DNA of 64,000 nt from Nitrospirota bacterium (GTDB lineage Bacteria > Nitrospirota > UBA9217): assembly GCA_963751455.1 (NCBI GenBank), contig CAVVUN010000015.1, positions 1,088,001-1,152,000 of the forward strand, given 5' to 3'. Below the pieces are notes generated by a model. It was not told the origin of the DNA. It was given only the letters and a program-made list of their open reading frames with translations, and did not search any database. Both the position numbers and the translations under genes were made by a program. Below, in pieces: positions 22,204 through 32,260 of the stretch; the stretch's first letter is position 1; every line of letters starts with the position of its first letter.

Positions 22204-22611
22204 ATGACCAATAAGACTTCGTTCGGAATAAAAGTATACGGAATTATTTCCCTCATTTTTTCTTTCATTATTCTATTCCTTGTTGTCATTCCAAGTCTTT
22301 ATTCGCCGAACATGTCTACGCTTGCATATTTCATATCTGCTTTAGGTTGGATGATTTTTGGTATCGGTGTCTTGAAACACTATTCCGGGGCAAGGATCGG
22401 CTTGATGGCGTTATCTGTAATCTACATCGTAGACACTTTTGAACAGCCTTCACATCTGTTATTAACAATAAGAAATCAACCTATTACTGGTTTAACAATC
22501 TTGATTACAAGCTTAACTTTTTTCCTTTCGCTCCTTTTCTTTTTCGCAAGGCCAAGCGTCAAACAGGAATTTATTAAAAACGATGGGAAGAGTGATCAAC
22601 GGTCTTTGTAG
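22204..22611 (+). CDS. Four-TM membrane protein
   Basis: Hydrophobic helices; C-terminal RPSVKQEF. Confidence 0.75.
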   Translation: MTNKTSFGIKVYGIISLIFSFIILFLVVIPSLYSPNMSTLAYFISALGWMIFGIGVLKHYSGARIGLMALSVIYIVDTFEQPSHLLLTIRNQPITGLTILITSLTFFLSLLFFFARPSVKQEFIKNDGKSDQRSL

Positions 22612-22642
22612 CGCACGGACATCTTATAGCCTTCCTGTCAAG

Positions 22643-23060
22643 GATCAAATCGGAAACGCATCACTTCAAAAGAAGACATAACGTATATATAATCAGATGA
22701 TCCTACAACTACATCCGAATGGCAACATGCTCTCCGATGGAAAACGCAGTATCCTTTACGACTGCGACAAATGCCAAAATCTATCACCCTGCGGGTAAGA
22801 CGAAGAAAAGATACAGCAGGAGCTGGCCCAAAGAGGTATCACGGTGGATAAGATGATAAATGAGGCGAAACAGATGATGCGTCAGAGCCGGGGTGCCGGA
22901 GCAGGAGGAGGAGCGGCTGATACGGCCGACCAGGATTTGAAGCAATCGCTGAGCTTTGTGAACGATTATAGCGACCAGCGGGTAAAGAAAACGAACTCAA
23001 CCGGCACCAAAGTCTACATCGGCAAGCACTACGAATGCAGGGGGGGGACATCTGCACCAA
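22643..23060 (+). pseudogene. Degraded Rhs-core fragments
   Basis: GATCAAATCGGAAAC..CATCACTTCAAAAGAAG matches ~13110; DYSDQRVKKTNSTGTKVYIGKHYECRGG matches DYKGQRVKKASSNGTTIYIGKLYECRPG. Confidence 0.75.
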
Positions 23061-23139
23061 AATTAGGACCTACGAGTATCGTAAGCGATGGAAAACCATC
23101 AAGATAGATAGAAAAAGACCTGAAGGGCCGCTACCCCAG

Positions 23140-23206
23140 ACATCCCCCGGCCTGACGATCCCTGGAACGCAGTTCCAACCCGCCGAACCAAACCGCGAGG
23201 AAAGTA
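23140..23206 (+). repeat. Right copy of the ~68 bp direct repeat bracketing the Rhs island
   Basis: GGAACGCAGTTCCAACCCGCCGAACCAAACCGCGAGGAAAGTA; compare 5596-5664. Confidence 0.85.
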
Positions 23207-23565
23207 ATTCAAATTACGATTTCGCTGCTCCAGCAAGCGATCACCGCTTTTTTTGCACAGTGTGTCGGCGTTGTCTTGTGTCCAAGGGAGCGCGCTGTTC
23301 ATATCCCGTGAAGGCTCGATTGCCATAAATTAACAGCCAATCCGACAATAAAAAATTTGACAAAATAAAGTCGTTATGACAAAATATTGCACCACCTTTG
23401 AAGTTTTTCCCCGGCCTGGCGACGGTCGGTTGAACCCGCTCGATAATCAAGAACATCTTGCCGCCCGTTTTATCAGTTTTACCGACTATACTCGATTTAC
23501 GGTTTTATTCCCGATACTGTTCCGGGAAGCGCTACCGGCTCGGCGCTCGAAAGGGGGAGCGTTCG

Positions 23566-23862
23566 ATGTCCTACAAAGAGAATTGCTGGACGTTCAAGGA
23601 TTGCCGCAGGGAACCGGGAGGGACGAAGGCAGCCGAGTCGGGAGTTTGCCCGGCGGCAGCCGACTCCTCATGCAACGGTGTCAACGGCGGAACGAATGCG
23701 GGCAGGATCTGCTGGGCTGTAGCAGGCACGTTCTGTGAGGGGAAAGTGCAGGGAACGTCAGCCGAGAAGGATCTGTCCTGCATGACCTGCGACTTCTTCA
23801 GGAAAGTCGAGTCCGAGGAAGGGATCATGAAATTTATAATAACAAAGCCCGGGCGAAGGTAA
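23566..23862 (+). CDS. Cys-rich two-CW domain protein
   Basis: NCW..CRRE..CPAA..GRICWAVAGTFC..CMTCDFF; SD GGGGGAG before ATG 23566. Confidence 0.8.
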   Translation: MSYKENCWTFKDCRREPGGTKAAESGVCPAAADSSCNGVNGGTNAGRICWAVAGTFCEGKVQGTSAEKDLSCMTCDFFRKVESEEGIMKFIITKPGRR

Positions 23863-23886
23863 TGCGCTTCGAGGGGGGAGTGGGAC

Positions 23887-24408
23887 ATGAGCGAAGGCGG
23901 CACCGGCAGTAAGAGCGATCGTATTCTGAACGAGCTCAGAAAACGAAAAGCGCAGAAAACGGTTCTCGATGTGGACGAAAAAAAGATAAAGACGGTGATT
24001 TTTTCCCTTCGAGGCGAACTGTTTGCGCTCCCCGGGGAAAACATCAAAGAGATCCTTCCGCTTTCCGTGATCTATCCGGTTCCGGGCACTCCGCCTTATA
24101 TACCGGGGGTCATCAACATGAGGGGCGAAATAGAATCGGTCCTTACCATCAACGCATTCCTCGGGTTGGCCGAATCCGAACGGTCAACTGACTCCCGGAT
24201 CGCGATAGCAGAGAAGGGCGCTATCCGGTCGGGTATTCTCCTCGATTCCGTTACCGATGTGGTCGACATTCCCGTCAGCGCAGTAAAACCCCCGCTTGAT
24301 ACGCTCGCAAAGGCCCGGAAGGAATTCGTTGCAGGCGAATTTTTGTATCGCGATAAGAATATCATACTTCTCGATATCGCCAAAATATTCGGAAAGGTAT
24401 CGGTATGA
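23887..24408 (+). CDS. cheW: Chemotaxis coupling protein CheW
   Basis: VPGTPPYIPGVINMRGEI; GILLDSV. Confidence 0.92.
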   Translation: MSEGGTGSKSDRILNELRKRKAQKTVLDVDEKKIKTVIFSLRGELFALPGENIKEILPLSVIYPVPGTPPYIPGVINMRGEIESVLTINAFLGLAESERSTDSRIAIAEKGAIRSGILLDSVTDVVDIPVSAVKPPLDTLAKARKEFVAGEFLYRDKNIILLDIAKIFGKVSV

Positions 24409-24824
24409 CCGCGCTTTCGCTTCAGAGCCGTGTCGCTCCCGCTGAATTGCATGTGCTGACCTTCAGCGTTATGGGTATCAAAATCGGCATCGATGCGGAC
24501 CAGATATCCGAAATCATGGATTCGGATGCGGCCGAGGCACGGGAGCTGCCCGTCTCGGCAATACATGAAAAAATATTCTTTCCTCGAATGACCGCGGCTT
24601 ATCGTGCGCCGAAAGTAGTTATTATCAAAGACGGGCGAACAGCGCATGCCCTCAAGATCGAAATGCCGGACGATATCGTATCCGTGCATATTGAAAATAT
24701 TCAGCCGCTTCCAGCGCTGATTGTCATGAACAGTCTGTCGAGAGCGCTCTGGGCAGCATTTGTTTTGCATGGCGAACCGGTTTTTCTTCTCGATTTTTCC
24801 CGGCTTGCCGATCCAGCGGCCTGA
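24405..24824 (+). CDS. Degenerate CheW-like protein
   Basis: IGIDADQISEI, IQPLP, PVFLLD; operon context. Confidence 0.7.
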   Translation: MTALSLQSRVAPAELHVLTFSVMGIKIGIDADQISEIMDSDAAEARELPVSAIHEKIFFPRMTAAYRAPKVVIIKDGRTAHALKIEMPDDIVSVHIENIQPLPALIVMNSLSRALWAAFVLHGEPVFLLDFSRLADPAA

Positions 24825-24913
24825 GACCTTGAGATTGTTTTTTAGATTTTTTCACGGGATTCGGCAGAAAAGCGGGACCCGAATGTAGATTCTCGAAACA
24901 CACAGGGGGAGCC

Positions 24914-26623
24914 ATGAAAACATCTATTCCTAAGATCGGTACCGATAAACGGTCGCTGAAAAACCAGGTTCTTCTTTTTACGATTCTGCCCATGATAGCG
25001 GGCATGCTGGTTTATTCATGCATCACACTGTACAGCTTGAGCTCCATGGGCGAATCGAGAATACGGGACTACCGGGAAGAGCTCATAGCCGGGAAGAAAG
25101 AGCATTTGAAGAATTTGGTGGAGACTGTTTTCAGCGCCATAGAAGGCCAGAGCGCGGAACGGATCGTCGCTATCATCAAGCATGCCCGGCACGGCGAGAG
25201 CGGCTATTTCTGGATCAATGACGCCGCGCTGCCTTTTCCCAGGATGGTCATGGATCCGGTAACGCCGGGCCTGAACGGCAAGGTTTTGAGCGACGCCAAA
25301 TTCAAGTTGGCAATGGGCAAGGGGCAGAACGTCTTCCAGGCGTCTGCGGAAACCTGTCTTGCTCACGGTGAAGGATATATCGACTACCTGTGGCCGAAGC
25401 CGCAGAAAACGGGTTTTACGGAGGACATGACCAAGCTGGCGTTCGTTAAATATTATAAGCCTTTGAACTGGGTGATCGGGACGGGGGTATACGTCGACGA
25501 CATAGATTCCCTTGTGGCCATGGAGAAGTCGAAACTCAAAAAGCAGTCCGCCGTGCTCATGATACGGAACGTTTTCGCTTTTGTCGTTATCATAGTCTCC
25601 CTGTATTTTTTTGTCTCGTTCTTCTATGATAAATACATGGGAAAGCCGCTCTATGATATCACGGACACCTTTCGGAACTATAATAACGACCTCACATTCA
25701 AAATACCGGTAACCGCGAATAACGAGATCGGAGAACTTGCAAAGGCTTTCAACGTTCTTACGGCCAATCTCATGGGTGTCATCAAGAATGTGACCGATGC
25801 CGCTACAGGCATCAATGCCTACGCGGGGGAAGTCTCCGTCTCGATTGAGCAGCAGGCAAGTGTCGCTTCCGAGCAGACTGCGGCCGTGGCCGAAATAACC
25901 TCCACGATGGAGGAGCTTTCCACATCATCCACGCAGATCGCGGAGCATTCGAAAGCCGTCGTCGACATTGCCACGAAGACATGGGAAGACACCAAGAAGG
26001 GGGCATCGGCCGTGGAGTCGGTTATCATGAAGATGAACGAAATCCACACCGACAACCAGCAGAGCATCCATGAGATCGTAGACCTGGGAAAAAAATCGAA
26101 GGAAATAACGAAAGTGATGGAATTTATCAATACCATTGCGGACCAGACCAAGCTGATCGCCTTTAACGCGGCGCTTGAAGCGTCGAGCGCGGGAGAAGCG
26201 GGGAAGCGTTTCGGCGTCGTGGCCGTGGAAATCCGGAGGCTCGCGGATAGCGTGATGGAGTCCACCGGGGAGATTGAAAGCAAAATCAATGAAATACAGG
26301 ACGCGATCAATCGGCTGGTGATCGCCTCGGAAAAGGGCGCCAAAGGCGTGCAGGACGGGATGGAATATTCCAGCCAGACCTCGAATCTGTTGATGGACGT
26401 TGTGGAAGCAGCGCAGTCGACCAAGGAGTCGGCCAAACAGATCTCACTTTCAACGCAGCAGCAGAAAACGGCAAGCAACCAGGTAGTAACCGCTCTGCGC
26501 GAAATCGTGGCCGGATCTTCCCAGACAGCCGAGTACATCCGGCAGATCGCATCCATAAGCAAACGATTGACCGAACTGTCCGACGGGTTGAGGGCGCATA
26601 CCAGGAAGTTCAACGTGAATTGA
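24914..26623 (+). CDS. Methyl-accepting chemotaxis protein (Cache, HAMP, MA domains)
   Basis: GYFWIND..GYIDYLWPKP..WVIGTGVY; IADQTKLIAFNAALEA..GKRFGVVAVEIRRLA. Confidence 0.95.
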   Translation: MKTSIPKIGTDKRSLKNQVLLFTILPMIAGMLVYSCITLYSLSSMGESRIRDYREELIAGKKEHLKNLVETVFSAIEGQSAERIVAIIKHARHGESGYFWINDAALPFPRMVMDPVTPGLNGKVLSDAKFKLAMGKGQNVFQASAETCLAHGEGYIDYLWPKPQKTGFTEDMTKLAFVKYYKPLNWVIGTGVYVDDIDSLVAMEKSKLKKQSAVLMIRNVFAFVVIIVSLYFFVSFFYDKYMGKPLYDITDTFRNYNNDLTFKIPVTANNEIGELAKAFNVLTANLMGVIKNVTDAATGINAYAGEVSVSIEQQASVASEQTAAVAEITSTMEELSTSSTQIAEHSKAVVDIATKTWEDTKKGASAVESVIMKMNEIHTDNQQSIHEIVDLGKKSKEITKVMEFINTIADQTKLIAFNAALEASSAGEAGKRFGVVAVEIRRLADSVMESTGEIESKINEIQDAINRLVIASEKGAKGVQDGMEYSSQTSNLLMDVVEAAQSTKESAKQISLSTQQQKTASNQVVTALREIVAGSSQTAEYIRQIASISKRLTELSDGLRAHTRKFNVN

Positions 26624-26770
26624 GCGATGGAGGCTCGTTCTTAAAGGGCAATCGATCAGGAAGCGGCATGGGTCATGCGGGATGAGGACGCTGCGCATTG
26701 CGGCGTCCATCGTCCATCGGCTATTTTCGCCGGGGATGCCGGGTGTCATAAATTAATAAGGGGTGTCGGA

Positions 26771-27814
26771 ATGGCGGGTAAAATTCGCGTATTGGTTGTC
26801 GATGACAGCGATCTGGCACGGGACCTTATTGTCGCCATACTGTCCAGCGACAAGGAAATCGCGGTTGTCGGCGAAGCGAAGAACGGGGTTGAAGCCGTTG
26901 AAATGGTCGGCGAATTGAAACCCGATATCGTCACGATCGACATCGAAATGCCTGTCATGAACGGACTTGACGCCATAGAACGTATTATGGCCGTGAATGC
27001 GCTTCCCATACTGGTGGTAACGACCCGGGGAGACGCGCACACCGCATACGCCGCAATATCGAAGGGCGCGCTCGATCTTGTTGTAAAGCCCGACGTGAAT
27101 CTCGATGAAGCGCAGGATTTCATCAGCAAGATCAAACTGCTTTCCAGAATCAAGGTGATAACTCACATCAGGGGCAAAAGATCAACAGCGCAAACGCCGG
27201 CTCCTCCTCCGCTCCTTTTCACGGGAGGAACATCCGACCGGGCGATAGCGATCGCCTCTTCAACCGGCGGACCCGAAGCGCTGTCGATCATTTTATCCCG
27301 TCTTCCCGAGGATTTCCCCTGTCCGATTGTCGTTGCCCAGCACAACTCGGACGGCTTTATTCCCGGAATGGTGGAATGGCTCAAAAGAATTTCAAAAATC
27401 CCGATCAAGGTCGCAGAGGACAGCGAGAAAATTTTTCCCGGCAGGGTTTACGTTTCCCCTTCCGAGAAACACATGCAGATATCTGAAGCGAAGACCGTAA
27501 GCTTCATTGAACGGAATCCAAAGGACATTTATCGTCCTTCGTGCGATATGCTGCTGTCGTCTGTTGCACGCGTCTATGGACCGCAGGGAGTCGGCGTGGT
27601 GCTTACGGGTATGGGAAGCGACGGCGTACTGGGTGTAAAGGCGATCAAGGAACACCGGGGATTGACCGTTGCGCAGGACCAAAAGACTTCGATCGTATTC
27701 GGCATGCCGAAAGTTGCGATCGAAACCGGATGTATCGATGCAATTCTGCCGCTGGACGAGATCAGCAATCATCTTCTTCACATCGCCAACGGCAAGCATG
27801 TCAGGACAGTGTAG
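26771..27814 (+). CDS. cheB: Chemotaxis methylesterase CheB
   Basis: REC domain plus ASSTGGP, QH, YRPSCD and LTGMGSDG. Confidence 0.95.
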   Translation: MAGKIRVLVVDDSDLARDLIVAILSSDKEIAVVGEAKNGVEAVEMVGELKPDIVTIDIEMPVMNGLDAIERIMAVNALPILVVTTRGDAHTAYAAISKGALDLVVKPDVNLDEAQDFISKIKLLSRIKVITHIRGKRSTAQTPAPPPLLFTGGTSDRAIAIASSTGGPEALSIILSRLPEDFPCPIVVAQHNSDGFIPGMVEWLKRISKIPIKVAEDSEKIFPGRVYVSPSEKHMQISEAKTVSFIERNPKDIYRPSCDMLLSSVARVYGPQGVGVVLTGMGSDGVLGVKAIKEHRGLTVAQDQKTSIVFGMPKVAIETGCIDAILPLDEISNHLLHIANGKHVRTV

Positions 27815-27827
27815 GGCTCGAAAAGCG

Positions 27828-29342
27828 ATGGACCTGGAGCTGTTCAAAGAGATCATTAAAGAAAAGTGCGGCCTGGTATTCGAAGATGTCAGGACCGAGA
27901 CGCTCGAGGGCGGTATCCGCACGCGCATGGTTGACTGCGGACTGAACTCATGGCAGGATTATCTCGGCCGTCTCGTGAAGAACGAGACCGAATTTACGAA
28001 CCTGGTCAACCTGCTGACCATCAATGAGACGTATTTTTTCCGTGAACCCGCCCATATCGACCTGCTGGCGAACCGGTTGTTTCCCGAAATGCTTGCCTCC
28101 AAAAAAGCAGGCGAGCCGGTCCGGATCTTGAGCGCCGGATGTTCGACCGGCGAAGAACCGTACTCGATCATGATGGCGCTGATCGAAAAGTACGGCCAGG
28201 GCATACGAAACTCAGTTTCGATTATCGGCGCCGATATCGACAGCAATGTCGTTGCCAGGGCCGGGCAGGGCGTCTACAACGCTTTTTCCTTCAGGAACTT
28301 TCCGGAACCGCTGCTTGACCGCTACTTCGAGGCGGGCCGCAACGGGCAATACAGGATCAAGCGCGTTGTCAGGGAGGCGGTGCAGTTCCAGAGCCTGAAC
28401 CTGATGACCGAAGTGTATCCGCAGTGGCTTCGCGGCGTGGACGTCCTTTTTTACCGGAATGTTTCGATCTATTTCGATATTACAACACAGAAAAGGGTGT
28501 TCGGAAAACTCGCGGAGCTCCTGAACGATACGGGCTATCTCTTTGTCAGCTCTACGGAGACGCTGTCCCACGATCACGGGGTACTGTCCCTCATTGAAGT
28601 CGACGGCGTTTTCTGTTATCGGCGCGGGTTCGAACTTGCAGTTGCGGAGCGGAGAACCGGAGCCAGGGAACAGCAGAAACCGATTCCGGGAGGGCCGGGC
28701 ACGAAACGGGCTGCACTTCCTGCCGTAAGACGGCCGGCCGTATCACAGTGGAAACAGGCAGTGCCAGACGGCAGGTATCAACCATTAGATGCGCCAACCG
28801 GTGCAAATTCCGGTCTGCCACGGACACCGTCCCCACAATTCGATGAAGCACTCGAACTGGCTAAAACAAAAAACTACGCCGAGGCGCTTAAGCGGATCGA
28901 CGAAATAGATCAAAATCATTCTTCCTTTGTCAAGGCGAGCATGCTCAAAGCAGGCATCCTGATAAACATGAAGCGGGTTGAGGATGCCGAACTGGTCTGT
29001 CTGAAATGCATCTCCCGCAGCAGGTGGTACCTGGAAGGCTATCTCCTGCTTGGACTGATCGCAAAAATGCGGGACGACGACGAGGGCGCTCTCAGAAGGT
29101 TCAAGGAGGCAATGTATATAGATACCTCCTGTTGGCTGGCCCACTTTTACACCGCCGAAATCTACAGCATGCGGAACGATTGGAAAAACGCCTGCCGCGA
29201 ATATGAAATTGTGGTCAGGCTTCTGCAAAAGGGCACAATCGCCGATCACGGACTTACGTTCTTTCCCCTGGCTTTTCCAGCCGAGCAGATCATGCATTTG
29301 TGCAGGCATAACCTGTCGAAGATAAAAGCGGGAAAGGCGTAG
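27828..29342 (+). CDS. cheR: CheR methyltransferase with C-terminal TPR
   Basis: TINETYFFRE, SAGCSTGEEPYS, RNVSIYFD; TPR tail. Confidence 0.93.
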   Translation: MDLELFKEIIKEKCGLVFEDVRTETLEGGIRTRMVDCGLNSWQDYLGRLVKNETEFTNLVNLLTINETYFFREPAHIDLLANRLFPEMLASKKAGEPVRILSAGCSTGEEPYSIMMALIEKYGQGIRNSVSIIGADIDSNVVARAGQGVYNAFSFRNFPEPLLDRYFEAGRNGQYRIKRVVREAVQFQSLNLMTEVYPQWLRGVDVLFYRNVSIYFDITTQKRVFGKLAELLNDTGYLFVSSTETLSHDHGVLSLIEVDGVFCYRRGFELAVAERRTGAREQQKPIPGGPGTKRAALPAVRRPAVSQWKQAVPDGRYQPLDAPTGANSGLPRTPSPQFDEALELAKTKNYAEALKRIDEIDQNHSSFVKASMLKAGILINMKRVEDAELVCLKCISRSRWYLEGYLLLGLIAKMRDDDEGALRRFKEAMYIDTSCWLAHFYTAEIYSMRNDWKNACREYEIVVRLLQKGTIADHGLTFFPLAFPAEQIMHLCRHNLSKIKAGKA

Positions 29343-29504
29343 GGACGGGATCAGGCAGCGAGGGATGAAGGATACCCTGTGTTCGCGTATCCATTTAGCG
29401 CCGGATGCAGGCGAGGGACATGAGACGCAAAATCGTCCATCGTCTTAGCGAACAAAGTGAGCGTCGTCTATCGTCCGTCGTGCTTGCGGGAATGGGGATT
29501 CATA

Positions 29505-31781
29505 ATGGCATTGGATATGGCTAAATTTCTGACACGGTTCATTGAGGAAGCCCGGGACAACGTAAACAAGCTCAACCAGGGTCTGGTCAAGCTTGAAAAA
29601 AACCCGGACGACGCCGAAACCGTGAACGCCGTATTTCGATCGGCCCATACCATCAAAGGCTCCGCACGGCTTATGAAATTGACGGGTATTTCAGAAGTCG
29701 CTCACAGGCTCGAGGATGTGCTTGCGGCGCTGCGCGAAGGGAAAATCGGCCACTCGATCCAGCTGAACGACGTTTTATTCAAAGGCATCGATTGTATTGC
29801 AGAGCTTGTAGAGAAGACGGCTTCAGGAAAGGTTCCGGAGGGCGATACAAGCGCTCTCTGCGAGGCGTTATCGCAGGCGGCATCAGGCACGCTCGCGTTA
29901 AATTCACAACGGCGGGGCGGGAAAAAGAACGAGGGTGAAACGACTGCGGCGGCCGCACAGAACATCGCCCCCGCGGTCAATGCCGTGTTCGAAGTGAAAT
30001 CCGGGAAAGCCGCAGCGACGGGCGGTGGTTCCGCCGACCTTTCTTCACGGCCTTCCGGCGGTACGGACCCCGCGGCAACGGAGACGATCCGGGTTGACGC
30101 GCGAAAACTGGATGTATTGATCCGGTTAATGGGTGAGATTGTATCGACTCAGAATAGGTTGAAGCACAGGTTGACAGAGGTAAAGGAGGCCCAGCGGCTG
30201 GCAAAAAGAAAATCGGCGCTCCTTTCCACCCGTCGGAATGAGGGTACTGTCGACCTCTTTCAGCAGGACATTATCAAAACAAGCCTGGCATTGTCCGGAA
30301 AAATAAACAAGCTGGCCGCGGACATGCGGGATGACGCTACCATTCAGGAATTGCTGACCACGGAACTCCAGGAAAAGGCTTTGATGATGAGGATGGTGCC
30401 TCTGGGCCAGGTCTTCGATCCTCTTCACCGCATGGTACGGGACCTTGCGCGGTCCCAGGAAAAAAACGTCGATTTTATCGTGGAAGGCGCTGATATCGGG
30501 ATCGATAAAAAAATGATGGAGAAAATCGGCGCTCCCCTTATTCACATGCTGAGAAATGCTGTCGATCACGGCATCGAAAGCGCGGAAGAGAGGCGAAAAG
30601 CGGGCAAACCGGAACAGGGGCGCATAACGCTTTCCGCCTGCTATGACGCCGGCAGCGTTGTCATGGAATTACGAGACGACGGGAGCGGCATAGCGGTAGA
30701 TAAAGTAAGGGAGCGCGCGCTTCTCAAAAAACTGTTTTCCAAGGAAGAGCTCGCAGTCATGACCGAATCTGATCTGGTCGACCTCATATTTCTGCCCGGT
30801 TTCAGCACAAGCTCCCTGATCACCGACGTGTCCGGCAGGGGCGTCGGAATGGACGTGGTGAGGAAAAATTTCATCGAGGAGCTGAAGGGCGCGGTGAGCG
30901 TAGAGACAAAAACCGGCGCAGGCGTCTGTTTTACCATACGACTTCCCATGACGCTGGCAGTCATGCGCGTCCTTCTGGTCAACACCGTGAACAGGACGTT
31001 CGCCGTGACGACCCAGTATGTTGCCGAAATTGTGCGAGTGTCCGCATCCGAAGTGATATCGGTTCTGGGCCGCAAGGCGATCCGGCTGCGTGAAGAACTG
31101 ATCCCCGTGCAGCACCTCGCAGATCTGGTTGAGCACACGAGCGGAAATCCGCAGCGAAAGAACGAGATCCTGATCCTTATCGCGAAGGCCGGAAATGAGA
31201 AACTTGGTTTGATCGTCGATTCGCTTATTGACGAAGAGGACATGGTAATCAAATCCCTGCCGTATCATCTGACCAAATTGCCGCTGGTGGCCGGTATAAC
31301 GATTTCCGGCAAGAATGAGGTCATCTGCATCCTGAATATACCGGGGATGATAGCCGTTGCCCAGTCGCTTACCGAGACGAGGCGGGAGGGGCAAGCGGCT
31401 GAACCGGCGGATTCCACCGTCCGGATCCTGGTCGTTGATGATTCGATAAACACCCGCGACATCGAGAAGAACATCCTCGAGGCGTACGGCTACGAAGTAG
31501 ATCTCGCCGGTGACGGGATTGAGGCCATCGAGAAGACGAGGAATGCCCGGTACGACCTGATCGTGACCGACATTGAAATGCCCAGGCTCGACGGATTCTC
31601 TCTGACCGAACGCCTGCGGAGCGATGAGACGTATAAGCATACGCCCATTATCATCGTAACTTCGCGCGAGAAGGAAGAAGATAAAAAACGGGGAATCATG
31701 GTCGGCGCGAACGCCTATATTGTAAAAGGGGCCTTCGACCAGACCAACCTGCTGGAAACGGTGCAGAACCTGGTGGGGTAA
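29505..31781 (+). CDS. cheA: Hybrid CheA kinase with C-terminal receiver
   Basis: FRSAHTIKG, HMLRNAVDHGIE, PGFST..SGRGVGMDVV, CheW and REC domains. Confidence 0.95.
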   Translation: MALDMAKFLTRFIEEARDNVNKLNQGLVKLEKNPDDAETVNAVFRSAHTIKGSARLMKLTGISEVAHRLEDVLAALREGKIGHSIQLNDVLFKGIDCIAELVEKTASGKVPEGDTSALCEALSQAASGTLALNSQRRGGKKNEGETTAAAAQNIAPAVNAVFEVKSGKAAATGGGSADLSSRPSGGTDPAATETIRVDARKLDVLIRLMGEIVSTQNRLKHRLTEVKEAQRLAKRKSALLSTRRNEGTVDLFQQDIIKTSLALSGKINKLAADMRDDATIQELLTTELQEKALMMRMVPLGQVFDPLHRMVRDLARSQEKNVDFIVEGADIGIDKKMMEKIGAPLIHMLRNAVDHGIESAEERRKAGKPEQGRITLSACYDAGSVVMELRDDGSGIAVDKVRERALLKKLFSKEELAVMTESDLVDLIFLPGFSTSSLITDVSGRGVGMDVVRKNFIEELKGAVSVETKTGAGVCFTIRLPMTLAVMRVLLVNTVNRTFAVTTQYVAEIVRVSASEVISVLGRKAIRLREELIPVQHLADLVEHTSGNPQRKNEILILIAKAGNEKLGLIVDSLIDEEDMVIKSLPYHLTKLPLVAGITISGKNEVICILNIPGMIAVAQSLTETRREGQAAEPADSTVRILVVDDSINTRDIEKNILEAYGYEVDLAGDGIEAIEKTRNARYDLIVTDIEMPRLDGFSLTERLRSDETYKHTPIIIVTSREKEEDKKRGIMVGANAYIVKGAFDQTNLLETVQNLVG

Positions 31782-31790
31782 GGAGGCGGC

Positions 31791-32213
31791 ATGAGCGAGA
31801 AAAAAACCACAGTCCTCGTCGTTGACGATGACGGATTTATCCGGGATGTGCTTGCCTCCATCCTGGAGGGCGGTAACTACGCGGTCAAAACGGCCGAGAA
31901 CGGGAAACAGGCGTTCACTGCTTTCACCGCTGACAGTGAAATAGGCCTGATCATATCGGACATGAACATGCCCGAAATGAACGGTATGGAACTGATTGCG
32001 AAGATCAGGGAGAAAGGAAGCGACGTCCCCGTCATCCTTCTTACCGCCGATGCCGGGATGACCGAAGCTTCCCCCGCGCTTGAAACAGGAGCGAGCGCTT
32101 ACCTGGTCAAGGACGAGAACATGCAGGACGTCGTTATCCTCTCGGTTAAAAAGGTTCTCGAAAAGCAGTCAGCAAAAAAGCGGAATATTCAGGTTACGAG
32201 AGCTTCGCATTGA
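31791..32213 (+). CDS. Single-domain response regulator
   Basis: VVDDD, ISDMNMPEMNG, YLVK. Confidence 0.88.
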   Translation: MSEKKTTVLVVDDDGFIRDVLASILEGGNYAVKTAENGKQAFTAFTADSEIGLIISDMNMPEMNGMELIAKIREKGSDVPVILLTADAGMTEASPALETGASAYLVKDENMQDVVILSVKKVLEKQSAKKRNIQVTRASH

Positions 32214-32260
32214 AGCAGGAGAAATTCATATGTTTTTGCTGAGAACTGTAAAGGAGGTTC

